Below, piece by piece: positions 15,623-28,175 of a stretch of 64,000 bases of DNA. The notes below the pieces were generated by a model. That model did not search any database, was not told the DNA's origin, and saw only the letters and a program-made list of their open reading frames with translations. Location: NCBI RefSeq assembly GCF_006345805.1, contig NC_042999.1, positions 140,430,001 through 140,494,000 on the forward strand. The letters run 5' to 3'. Position numbers and translations under genes: made by a program. Source of the DNA: Octopus sinensis. Its lineage: Eukaryota. How positions within the stretch are numbered: position 1 is the stretch's first letter; every line of letters starts with the position of its first letter.

Positions 15623-16993
15623 CTAAAAGCATATACAAGAAATAAAGATAAATTACAAACATGCACACATATATACATACCTACCTACCAACATACTTAT
15701 ATAAGTGTGTTTGTGTGTGTATGCACACACATGTCAAATATATATATACACACACAAATGCACACATGTAGAAATATAAACATGTACATATAGTATATGT
15801 GTATACATGAGTACACATACATTATCACATCAATATAGTGTATAATACAGAAAAATACATATATTACATATATGTATGTTTATGAATTTATGTGTGTTCA
15901 TATCTTTACATATTTATGCGTGTGTGAGCACGTGTGTGGTTCCACTTTAAGATATGGCTACACTGAACTATAAAAGAAAGTACTTGAGAAATCAAGGGTC
16001 TCGGGCTCCATTGCTAATCTATATACTGTGCTTGCTATCAATAAATAAATACTATTGCTTCCAGTGCATTGCTCATAATGTTATTAAGACGGCCCTGAGT
16101 GTTTGTGAGCATGTTCGTATGTGATTGCTTGTTACAACAAGAAGGTAAAGTGACTCAAGAGAATAAACTTCCAAGCCAATATACTTAGTAGATTATGAAA
16201 CAATGCTGCTTTTCAACTAATAAGAATATAAATACTCCATTTATGTCTTGTTAAGGACCTATCAATTTCTTTACTGTTGGTGCTGCAAGAAAATGCACCC
16301 AGTATACATTCTATAAAGTGGTTGGCAAATGGAAGGACATCTAGCTGTAGGAACCAAGCAAAATAACATAAATGAACACCAGTCTATGAGAGCAGCAGCT
16401 CCCAATAAAAAATGATTCCGATAGTAACAACCTGTCCAAATCACATAAAGATGAAAAGTGGATATAAACTGTTGCAGCAGTTCTTTTGTAATAATATTTC
16501 TTCTAACAAGTTGCCCTTGCTCTTGCTAAATGTTTAACAATGAAGAAAGAATGGGGACTGTTGTTAGTAAGACAGACTGAAGAAAGCAGAATTTTGTGCC
16601 TTGTTTAGACACATAAAAACAGCTAAACAAATAAGACTATTAATAATTTTTGAGTACAAATATTAGTAAAATCAACTCCAGCAAAAAACAAAATTCACCC
16701 TGAATCAAATATGTAGGATAGAAGTGCCAGTCATTTCACCTTCACATCACATTCCACACTTAGAACCTGTTCCTACCAAAGGATATATTTCATTGGTTTT
16801 ACAGTGAAAAAAAATTATTTTCAAAGTGCATTATTATGCAGAATATTTACAAGTGAAATTTCAGTTGTTACAGTGTAAAACACCTCCAAAACAAAACATT
16901 TGATAAAGAAATATTAATTTTTTTAAGCAACCATCAATTGAAGAATTAAATGGTGAAATGATTAAATTTTGTTATGGTCCTTGAAGAAAGCAA

Positions 16994-17042
<49 letters not shown>

Positions 17043-17269
17043 AAATAATTTAATGATTGGTGGATTGTTGGCAGAAATACTAGAGAGTTGGATAAAGAAA
17101 ACCACTAAATATAAGAAAAAATGTACTCCTTGTTGAAAAATATTCCTGGTTGATACACACACAAACATATATGAAAATATATATATGTATACATATATAA
17201 ACATATATATGTGTATATATTATTTACAAATGTATATATCTGTATGTGTGTGTGTATACACACACACAT

Positions 17270-17314
<45 letters not shown>

Positions 17315-17528
17315 TATATAGATACACATCCCCAACTCCACAGGCATGGCTGTATGATAAAAAGCTAGCTTCCCAACCATGTGGTCTTGGGTTCAGTATT
17401 ACTGAGCAGTGCCTTGGGCAAGTGTTTTCCACTGCAGCCTAGGGTTGACTTTTATATGGCGTCTATGGAAAATTCCCAGTTTTTTGGCCCAAAATAGGGG
17501 GTCGACTTTTACATGAAATTAACTATAT

Positions 17529-17593
<65 letters not shown>

Positions 17594-20498
17594 ATCATAT
17601 ATTGTCACTTTTTGGGGTATGCTATTGCTGGTGTTTTGCATGTGATTTTTTCTTGGAATCAGTTATGTTCTAAAATTTATTTTAGTAAGTTTCTGTCTAA
17701 TGAGATGTTTTGTTTTAGAAGATAACATGGATTATGACCCTTCCTCACTTAATCTAAGTTTAACATAGCAAAGAAGTTTTCAAGAGTAATTAACAATAAC
17801 TTCTCTAAAAACCACAAATATAGAAAACTTTTTAAGATGTATAATTTTAAAACCAGTTACAGCTCTATCAACAATATGAAAATTCTTATATCCAACATTC
17901 TACTACACCAAGTTCCAGAATGAAAGAAAAAAGATGTATGGGTATGATGAACTGTAAATTCAAACAATATTATTAAAATCATACTGCCTTTTTGAGACAC
18001 ACTTACAAAAGAAATGTCACAAAATAGCCAAATTTCATTTGGCAAGGGAAAAAAAAAAGCAAAATAAACTTCAACATAAAAATAGAAAATATTGGAAACA
18101 AAGTGATCATATAAAAATGAAAATAAATGATGTGGCCACTATCCAGCTTTTTATTTACAGTTATATGCTTGTGGCTTGTGTATGCATGTATGTGTGTTTA
18201 CATTCATGTGTGTGTACATGTATGTCTACATGGGTTCCTCAATTATAAACACAGCGTTAAACATTTTTAGTTTTTTTTAATTTACAGACAGACACGGGCA
18301 CTGAATGTGGATGTGTTGTGAAGGTTGGAAATTGATAAGGAATGTGTAGTGTTGGCATGCATGAATAGCAGCACACATATGAGCTGAGAGGATAAATGGA
18401 CATCAGAAGAATCACCTGTCATCTACAAGACAGAAGACTGTATTGGCACAGACATGTAATAGGTGAGTGACGAACTGCCAAACAATTCAAGATAAGGAAA
18501 AGATGAGAGAAGAACAGGTGAAGTCTGATCTCATGTGCTAGACTTTATAAAGGATTTGACAAGAGGCTGCACTAAGTAGTACAATATTATGCTGAAGTAA
18601 ACCTATGTAAAAACGATGTGAAATAATTATGATTATGATATAATAAAATATAACATAAAGATGCTACTTATCTCTGGATTTGGGAGTGTTGAAAATGGAT
18701 GAAAGCTAAAAATCATTGTACATAAAATATTATTCCATCAAATCACTTTCAGAAAATCTGATTCTTACTCTTGACATCAAAGTAACCTGAGGCACATAGA
18801 ATTATATATTCATCCAAAAGACAATTAAACACCTTAACAGTTTGTCATCTAATATTGAATTAGTTGACACTAACTGACAAAATGTGTTACAAGGGTAAAT
18901 GTTTAACTTACCCTAATAACTGAAATATTTATTTACTAGTTACTTAATCGTCAAAATTACAAGTGAGTGCCATTCCTATTCCAAGGTCTTTCACTATATC
19001 AACCCAACAGAGTTGCTGTTCTAGAGAGATAAGAAGACAAAAAAAGACTATTGAAAAGTAATCACAATGTAGAGTAGTGGGGAGAGAGACAAACAGAGAG
19101 AGAGTGAGAGAGAGGGAGTTCATTTTGAAATTTACAATATGAGAAAAAGAAAACTTGAGAGAATAAAAATGAGGGTTGCAGAAAGGTACTTCTACAGGAT
19201 ATATCAGGCAGTTCAGCTTGGTGGAGGTCTTTCCTTTGAAAAGCTGTATGCACAAGAATTGCTGAACCTAGCACTGCAAATTAATAAACTACTCATCACT
19301 TTTAAAGATCTGCTACTGATTGCCTCAAGCCATGGCACCCGTAACAGCCAGGTGGCTTGACCAAATTGAAAGTTGTACTGCTGGTTACTTTGATATCCAT
19401 TCTCTTATTAAAAATTAGATATTAGAATAAAATCAAAAATAGGAACGATAAATATAGAAAAAGAAACAAGAATTAAAAAGTCTGACATAAAACAGGAGAT
19501 AGTAGATAAGGTGTGTCAGTAGAAAACAGTTAAACTAACGAGGATTCAGGTTCAGCCCTCCCATCTCTAAAGGAAAAAAATGATGTCAAGAAGTACAAAA
19601 CTCTCCATGCTCTATAGATGTTAAAGAGTAAATATGTTAAGAAAATGAAACAAACAAGAACAAAAAGTTAAGATGAGAGGAGATATGTACCTGTGTTTCA
19701 GGATTAGCTTCCTGAGTGACAGAGTCACTGAAATAAGAATCAGAACCATAATATATATGTGTGCATGTACGTATACATACATATATCATACACACCCACA
19801 AAAATACTCACACACAAAGAAATGCAATGTCAAGTCTTGGACCTTTAATACTTGATGGTGTCATAGGGATGCCATTGTGACATAGACATGTCTTGGTTAA
19901 TTTTTGACCTGCCAGAAGCCATACCTCTCCAGGTCTGACCACAGCTGATTTCCTCCATGAAGAGAGATAGGCAGAAAGAGAGGGAGAGAAGAATCAACCC
20001 TAAGACAAAACTAACACCTTATTTATCTATTCCAAGAGGATGTAAGACAAAGTTGAATGCAGTGAGAGTTGAACTAAGAATGCAAGGAACTAGAACTATT
20101 ACCATAGAGAATCAATTCAATGCTCTAATAACTCTGCCAATTGGCTATTGTATATATATAGAATATATATATACAGTCCACTCTGATGAGTGGTTGGTGT
20201 TAGGAAGGGTATCCACTGTAAAAATCCCGCCAAAACAGTCACAGAAGTCTGATGCAGGCTTCGGTTGGCCAGCTCTTGTAGTACCGTCCCACCCATGCTA
20301 GCATGGAAGACAGACATTAAATGATGATGATATATATATATACTGTCATCTTATTTCACTCCATAATTGCCTTCTCTGAAGAGTGGAGAGTTACATAATT
20401 GGATTGTTACATAACACTCTGTTGAACTTCAAGTGTGAAACTGATAAGTAAGATCAGTCTTAATGGATATATAATGCTGTACACATTGATTATATATA

Positions 20499-20558
<60 letters not shown>

Positions 20559-21035
20559 ATGGCTGTTGCCAGGGCCACAAATTGAAAAGAACCATTCGAG
20601 CATGATTGTAGCCAGCACTGTCTTACCAGCACATGTGCCGGTGGCACGTGAAAAACAACATTTGAGCATGGTTGCCAGACTGGCTCCCGTGCAGGTAGCA
20701 TGTAAAAACACCTTTTGAGCATGAGCGTGGCCATTGCCAGAACTGCCTGACTGGCCCTCGTGCTGGTGGCACGTAAAAAGCATCCACTACACTCTCGGAG
20801 GTGTTGGCATTAGGAAGGACATCTAGTTGTAGAAACTTTGCCTGACCAAATTGAGCCTGGTGCAGCCTCTAGCTCATCAGTCCTCAGTCAAACTGTCCAA
20901 CCCATGCCAGCATGGAAAGTGGACGTTAAACGATGATGATGTCCTTAATCTCTGATCAAACACCACTAGGGTATATAGTCATAGATGAATTATAGTCATG
21001 CTATTTAGCTATCTCTGTGTGTGTATGTATGTGTG

Positions 21036-21079
<44 letters not shown>

Positions 21080-21084
<5 letters not shown>

Positions 21085-22063
21085 TAGAAAAAAACCCACC
21101 TTTTATCAATTCAAAATGAACAAATTATACCATCTAGAAAATTACATATAATAGAAATATTAAAATTAAAATAACAATAAAAAGTCAATGATAAAGTAAA
21201 TTGCAAAAAAAAAAAAAAAATAATAAAAACGTATATAATTTGTAGAATAATGGGATCTAATGAATTACATTTAATTTAATTTAAGAATTAATTTGTCAGA
21301 CAATATATTATTTAATTATTAGGTGGCTTATTTATTTGTAATATTAAATTTTAAGTTAATTAGGTATTATATTATTTGATATTTCGTCAACTTTGTTATA
21401 GATTGTTATATTAAATCTATAGATACTACACATGTATATTTATTATATGGTTAGCTTATTTAAGGAGTTTGTCTATATTTGAACCATTTCTTATTTTGAT
21501 TACAATTTAATGACTTGTACAAGCTTTGTGTATTTTATTTAATTTTAAAGTATTTAATAATTTAAGTATTGTTTTAGTTTTCACTTATGTATATTTAGTA
21601 TTTTCATATATATATATCTTAAAGTATATTTATTCATTAATTATTTTATTGTTCTAGTTTATTTTTAACCTGATGAGTGACTATATTTATATTGAAGTGA
21701 TTTCTCTACTACTATAATCATTTCTTTAATATAGCCACGAAACAGGTGTCGTTATTCTACAAATTACATATGTTTTTATTATTATTTTTTTTGCAATTTA
21801 CTTTATCATTGGATTTTTATTGTTATTCTAATTTTAATATTTCTATTATAACTTATAACTAGATCTCAAAAAGTATAAAAATGAATTATCAATATATAAT
21901 ATATTAATATATTAATTAATATATCATATATTGATAATTCATTTTTATACTTTTTGAGGTCTAGTTATAAGTTATGTTTTATAAAAATATATATTATTTG
22001 TTATTTATGTACTGGTTTATGTCTATCAATGTTTGAGTTACGTAATAGTGGTTTTATCTCTAA

Positions 22064-22075
<12 letters not shown>
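21080..22075. mobile_element. Penelope-like element (pseudo-LTR) remnant with inverted organisation, flanked by (TA)n
   Basis: Contains the hammerhead. 21147-21250 is an inverted copy of 21751-21850. Both outer ends read AAATTAGA(A/G)A(A/T)AAA..CAC inward. Extremely AT-rich. Confidence 0.65.
21666..21754 (+). ncRNA. Type I hammerhead ribozyme (Penelope-type), predicted cleavage after C21750
   Basis: Stem I TAAC/GTTA; core CTGATGA (21670-76); 11-bp stem II GTGACTATATT/AATATAGCCAC with one mismatch; GAAA (21739-42); minimal stem III AC-AGGT-GT; GUC cleavage triplet. Confidence 0.8.
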
Positions 22076-22116
<41 letters not shown>

Positions 22117-23311
22117 CACACACATACATACATACACACACTTGTATATATACATAGATGCATATACATATCATTATTTAAATCTGCATATCTTTCTAGG
22201 AGTGGCTTCTATCCATCAAACTCTATACATAATTTCTCGTGTATTTTTATCTTTTTGAAGGTGATCTTTTCCATGTATTTAAAAGCTTTCCCAAATAAAC
22301 ATACTCTTCATTTTAAAGGCTCCAAAGAAGATATAAGGTGATGCACAATTACACTGCATTTTATCATAGAGACAGCTGTAAGCTAATGAAGTTGATTACA
22401 TAATTCTTGTTCCCTAGTCACTCCATTAATTTTATATTATGATCTGTACTTGCCTAAGACTTTATTTTGAAGCATATGTATATTAAGTTTCAACAGTAGG
22501 TTATTAGTATTACTAATCTTTCTTTACACACACCCACCCACACACACACACAAAGTTATATTTTGGAAGACTCATAACTAATAAAGCCTATAAACACACA
22601 CAGTTGTTGTTTGTTTACAGTTCTCTCCTTTTTCAAAGCAGTTGTTGTCTGTCTGCATCATCATAGGCACACACAAACATGTATTCTTGTGTTGGTAACA
22701 ACAATAGGAAGCAAAGTAAACAAATAAACACCAACACATCATTTGCTCACACATTAACTAAAGAATGTAACAAAAAAACAAAAAAAAAGCAATTTAAAAT
22801 CAAGCATTTGAAAATATAAACTCACTGAAAAGGATACAGATTGATGTGGTGAAAATCAGTTTTGGGTAATGTTGACAAATTACTACTACTATAGAGAAAG
22901 AAGAGAAACAGAGAAACAACAAACAATGAAGGTGTTTGTAGGTTTATTACTTTACTAGCTTAAAAGCTGCACTCTGTGCAAACTTTAAGCTGGCTCCTGT
23001 GGAGGGCTAATTGGGCTTGAGGTCCAAAACTAAAGAGAGCTAAATAGCATGACTATAGTACGTCTATAATATCTATGTGCCCTAGTGGTGTTTGATCAGA
23101 GATTAAAGACAGATGAGAATTAATTCTGCAATGCAATCATTCTATTGTTCCAATCCTAAGTTGAATTCTAACTGTTGGCCAATTTGTCCAAAAGTTCTGA
23201 TCTCATCGTAAACTTAATGAAGCGAATGTCATTTATCTCCCTCTTGATCTCTGATATCATCTGACAAATGCCAACCATGATGGAAGGCAGATATTAAACA
23301 ATGATGATGAT

Positions 23312-23344
<33 letters not shown>

Positions 23345-23345
<1 letters not shown>

Positions 23346-23880
23346 TATGGTGGTTGGCTACTCCTTATGGAGAGTTTGACCACCTCCTGTACCTACACCT
23401 TAGCACCATCATGGCATCGGATGTGGTTTTTTAAACCAGACAATGTTCTGAAAAGACACCCACATAGATTGCACATCTGATTTGGACCACCAAGAGCTGC
23501 AGATAACTTCTACTCTTTGTGGGTCTTAAAATGTCTTTTGAGGCCTCTGTTGGATTTGCAAACCTTCTGGCATACACTGCATTCAAAGGCGTGCACAGAC
23601 ATATAGGCAGAATAGTTGGTGGAGGTTCATTTTCCATGTGTTTGCAGATGAGATTTGAGACCAGCAAAAGACAGGCATGGTCTGTTACAGACTGTGCACA
23701 CAAAAAGGTCATTGTCATTCACCTTCTCGATTGTTACATTCTTCCTTAGATCATCCTGGCCTCTTCAAATGCTTTCACTCCACTCCTTTGTTTGCCATCC
23801 AACTCGATCTGAAGCAAGGGTTTCTGTATCTTCTGGAACCATTCAAAGTGACTTCATAGTAGTCCTTATGCCGTCCTTAA
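23345..23880 (-). mobile_element. 5'-truncated RTE-clade LINE 3' end encoding three C2H2 zinc fingers (pseudogenised), with a (TG)n tail
   Basis: One frame: ETLASDRVGW...FVCTVCNRPCLSFAGLKSHLQTH-*-FECSVCQKVCKSNRGLKRHFKTH-*-QMCNLCGCLFRTLSGLKNHIRCH-DGAKV*; two premature stops. Confidence 0.75.
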
Positions 23881-24875
23881 ACCTTACACATACATACACA
23901 CACAATGGACTACATTCAGTTTCCATCAGCTGAATTTCCTCACAAGGCATTGATGAGCCCAGAGTTATAGTAAAAGAGTTGCATAGTGAAACTGAACCTA
24001 AATAATACCAAGTGGTTGAGAGGTGAGCCATGCTTCATATACACATATCAATCAATGTATCTAAATCATTTGCCTTCAGATGAAATAGTGACTTTTCAGA
24101 ATCCCAGAGAGCTATCAGAGTTTAATTGTTTGAAGAACAAAATAAAATAATGTTGCATATATATTGCTATTTTTTTATATTTACATATGGCAAAAAATTT
24201 TGAAGGTATACCTAAAACAGGTCAAATGAAAAACACAAGAAATACATAACTCTCACCCAATTTCCTAAGTCATATAAATTGATTCCTAGTACTTGGTAGG
24301 TATTTGACTTTAATAACTATATTACCAATTAGATAAGAAGATATTTTTTATCTTATAACCATTGAAAATTAAGAGACTTTCATAAGAATTAGCAGCAATT
24401 TATTCAAGTATACTTAATAGAACTATTGTAAAGTGGTGTAGGAACAATGAGTATAGTGGAATAAGGCTTTGAAATATTTGAAAAAACAATCAACATCAAC
24501 TGAATGTAGAAAGAGAGAAAGAGAAATTCTTTGCAAATTAAAACTGATACTGCTGACATTAAAAAAGATGATAACCTTTGATAAAATTTCAGTATATTTC
24601 TTAATCCTTTTGTCATCATATTTCTATTGGAATACACTGTCATTGTTTCATTTCAGTTTGAAAACAATGAAGAATTTAGTAAATTAAACTTGTCATTACT
24701 AAGCTGGTGTCTTGAACATAAATTAACTTGAAATTTTGATGGATGGTTTAAATTTAAATCCCTTTAAACAAAGTTTGCATGGTAGAACAAAGGACAGTCT
24801 CAGGCAGGTTGGTATCAAAAGGGATAACTAGAATTGGAAAGAAGCTATGTGACTCGAGAAGCTAAAAATTACAAA

Positions 24876-24890
24876 CTACACATAAAGTAC
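24876..24890 (-). CDS. Other candidate last coding exon of the long Cav1 isoform (VLYV*)
   Basis: Strong acceptor ctttctactgttctttttcttag|GTACTTTATGTGTAG, about 1 kb after donor 25886. DDRM-VLYV* loosely recalls the Cav1.2 ending DSRVYVSSL. Confidence 0.25.
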   Translation of the reverse strand, partial: VLYV

Positions 24891-25886
24891 CTAAGAAAAA
24901 GAACAGTAGAAAGGGAGTCACCCACAAGATTTTAGGAAGATTTTCAGATGAATGCTTTAAGATTACTTATGATTATGTCGCATTTAGACGTTTCTGTAAG
25001 ACATTTTGGATAAACACAAAACTGATGCCATTAAAACAGCTCCGGCAATATTTCCATCTCTATAGAGACACTGTTATGCTAATTGGAAATTAATGAAGAA
25101 AGAGTTAAAGTACCTTTGTTTACGATGATGTAAATGCACTGATGACAGAGGTATAAGGAATCAAACTATTTAAAAAGCATTTCCATAGATGTATACCTGA
25201 TGCTGTAAGCTTCACTACTTATTTACATCAAGCATCCTCATCACAGTTAACAAATAGATACAATTCTATTTCATATATTAGGTTATTTTATTTTTGTATA
25301 ATAAATGACACATACACACATACACGCTAGTATTAATTAAAAATCTTCTGAGATTCTAGATGTTAATAATCATGTGTGCATAATTACCAGAAAATGAACA
25401 TTAAAGAATATAGAAATAGCATAGACCAAATTTCTTTTATTTTTATGTGTTATGAAGTCTTAATATTAATAATTGGTATAACCATTAACCTTATACACTG
25501 TAAGTTAAAGGGAAGCATCTAGGGAGCCAAATTGGCAACAAGGTTTTGATTCCCAGTTATGGTTATTTCATGTGTATTGTTACAGAAAGTATGAATATTA
25601 AAATATACAATCTCCCCTACTCTTTAATTCTGATGCCACATACATGCTTACACACACATACGCACACACATATGCCAAGAACAGAGTCTCTATACATTTG
25701 TTTCTTCCTTCTAGAAATAATAGCCAGGGCTCCCTCAAGTTACATTTATCATATATATTATACTTAAAGATATTGCATAAACACATACACAATAGAGAGT
25801 TAACCTTTTACATAAATGTATGCTTGAAATATTTTAGATGCTCTCCAAAAAACACAACAGTAACTCAAAAGTAAAACATATTTTAC

Positions 25887-26198
25887 CATTCTGTCATCCA
25901 TGGAATCATGATAATCATCTATAAATTCTGGATGAGGCAAATGGGGTTGCCTTCGTAACCGGTGAGTAGGAGTGGCACTTCTTGAAAATTGATTTAAATC
26001 TTTCATTTCGTGGCCTTTGAAGCCACCTAAACGCTGGTCAATGTAAGATGGGTGAATACCACCATGGACTGATGATCGGATGAGGTCATGTGCTGCACGA
26101 TCAAGTTCTTCTTGTGACATACCACCACCAGCTTCTTTGATTTCTTGTTGTAAATATTTTACGTCTACGTATTTCCGGAGACCTTCTTCTTCAAGTAC
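25887..26198 (-). CDS. CACNA1C/D-like (Cav1): Cav1 distal C-terminal regulatory domain exon (VLEEEGLRKYVDVKYLQQEIKEAGGGMSQEELDRAAHDLI...DDRM)
   Basis: Acceptor tttattttattttccag|GTACTT (phase 0) and probable donor ATG|gtaaaa; 312 nt. Matches the Cav1 DCRD (VLISEGLG...ELADACDMTIEEMESAA). Confidence 0.88.
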
Positions 26199-27074
26199 CT
26201 GGAAAATAAAATAAATGAAACTAAATTAAAAATAAGGGAAGTAAAAGATGTGTCGAGCTGTAGAAACTTTGCCAGATCAGATTGAGCCTGGTGCAGCCAT
26301 TCTGGCTCACCAGTCCTCAGGCAAACCATCCAACCCATGCCAGCATGGAAAGCAGATGTTAAATGACGATGATGATCATGATGTTTGATAATGTTAATAA
26401 ATGTCATAGCAAACATAACAGACAATCTGGATTGGAATCTTCCTGCCAGACCATCACATTGCAGCATGTGCTGGTGAAGCTCTTTTCACATATTCTACTA
26501 TGCCACAAGTTTCACTTATATTTTCCCACACTCTTCTTTCAGTTTATACAATGGCTTATTTGCTGTCCTTCCAAACAGCACACAGTTCTATGCAGACAAT
26601 ACAATCTTATCTCCAGCTTAAACTTTTGTATATAAGTACCATCAAAACAACCTAAACACATGATGCCAAATATACACTACTTCTTCAATAGTAACATTAT
26701 CTCTTTAAACAGAAAAAAAAAAAGAAAAAGAAAATCCCAGACTGGTCCCTCATCCTTTGATCAGATTAATAAGGCTTAAATAAGATGCACATAAGAGTAC
26801 TGCTCAAACTTATGGCCATTATACACAGAGACATCTTATATCACAACCAAAAGTAAGCCATTTGATTGATTAGCATTGATTCACACACCAACATGCTTTA
26901 ATCACAAGCTTAATTATACAGTTGCCACTGTTTGCCTCTTCTGTTGCTACTAGAAAAGGCACTGCTTGCATTAACTAGTTAACTGCAAATCCTTTCTAAC
27001 ATGGCATGTCTTATTCATCTATTTCTCTTTTTCTTATTGCCCTCACTGTATCTCAGCTTCTAGACCCAGCTCAA

Positions 27075-27735
27075 ACCACATTTTTTCTACTCAAAATTGT
27101 AACCCTTCCATATGTAACATTAATTTCACACACCCTACTCCAATAAACCAAACTACATCTCCTTTTCTCTTCTCCATGCACAATCCTTAGTTCTCTATCT
27201 CCCCATTCCTGTAGCTCAATCCTGTCCTCCCCTACCTCTGCCAAATGTATTCTGTCATCCACCCCGTTGTGAACTCCTTACTTTGCACCCTGGGTAATCC
27301 TCAACCAATCCATTTAAATTCACATCCTTGTACCTAGAGAGTATGCCCTGGCACACTCCCTCCCTCTCTCCTTCACTCACTCTTTCTCCGACTGAGATAA
27401 TCATGTATTTCCTCTACAACAAGACACTAGCTTTTGTCCCTCTGTCACTCTAACCTCTCATAACCAGGCACAAAGCTACCTCCTTCAATACCCTTGAAGG
27501 ATCTTTGTCTTGCAAATTACTTGGTGACTTTGCTGGTGCTCGTGCTATGTAAAAAGCACTCTGTCCACTCAGTAAGATGGTTGGCAATAGGAAGAGCATC
27601 CAACTATAAAATACAGGCCAAAACAGACAGCGGAATTTGGTGCAGTCCTCTGGCTTACCACCTCCTGTCAAACTAGCCAACCCATGTCAGCATGAAAGAT
27701 GGACATTAAAATGATGATAATGATGTTGATGATGA
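27075..27735 (+). mobile_element. RTE LINE 3' UTR ending in the common GGTTGGC..AGGAAG..CATCC...(ATG)n tail
   Basis: Homologous to 60900-61600; ends in the tail shared with many short copies. Confidence 0.7.
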
Positions 27736-28175
27736 TAGTATTGAATATTTGACCACCAAGTATTCAAGCTGAACATCAATTACATCAGTTTCAGCAAGCT
27801 GTAAAGATCATGAGCATTGTCTCTTATCATCCAATTAATATATTAAAGATATAATATGTCAACAGCCGTCAAAATTTGCAATGATACTCATTGAAGCAAG
27901 ATAATATTTGAACAAAGTAAGATAAATTTGATTATTGTTTTTAAAAACATATAAAATCTCTCTGCATGAGCTAAAGCTGCTAAGACTTAGAAAGGATGGA
28001 TTAACACAAACAGTATTTCATTATGTTGTGGGTATGGAAAGGCAGAGAACTGGCAGAATAGTTAGCACATCAGGAAAATACAAAGGATCATTTTCAAATA
28101 TGAGACAGTGAAACAGAGTTGATTAACAGATATGATTGGAAGTTACTGATTCAAAGAGTAAATACTTCAGTTTAA

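Noticed and set aside
19189-19242. Possible 54-nt phase 0-0 cassette (LFKGKTSTKLNCLIYPVE)
   Set aside because: Mediocre donor (GAA|gtacct) and no homology; within chance expectation.
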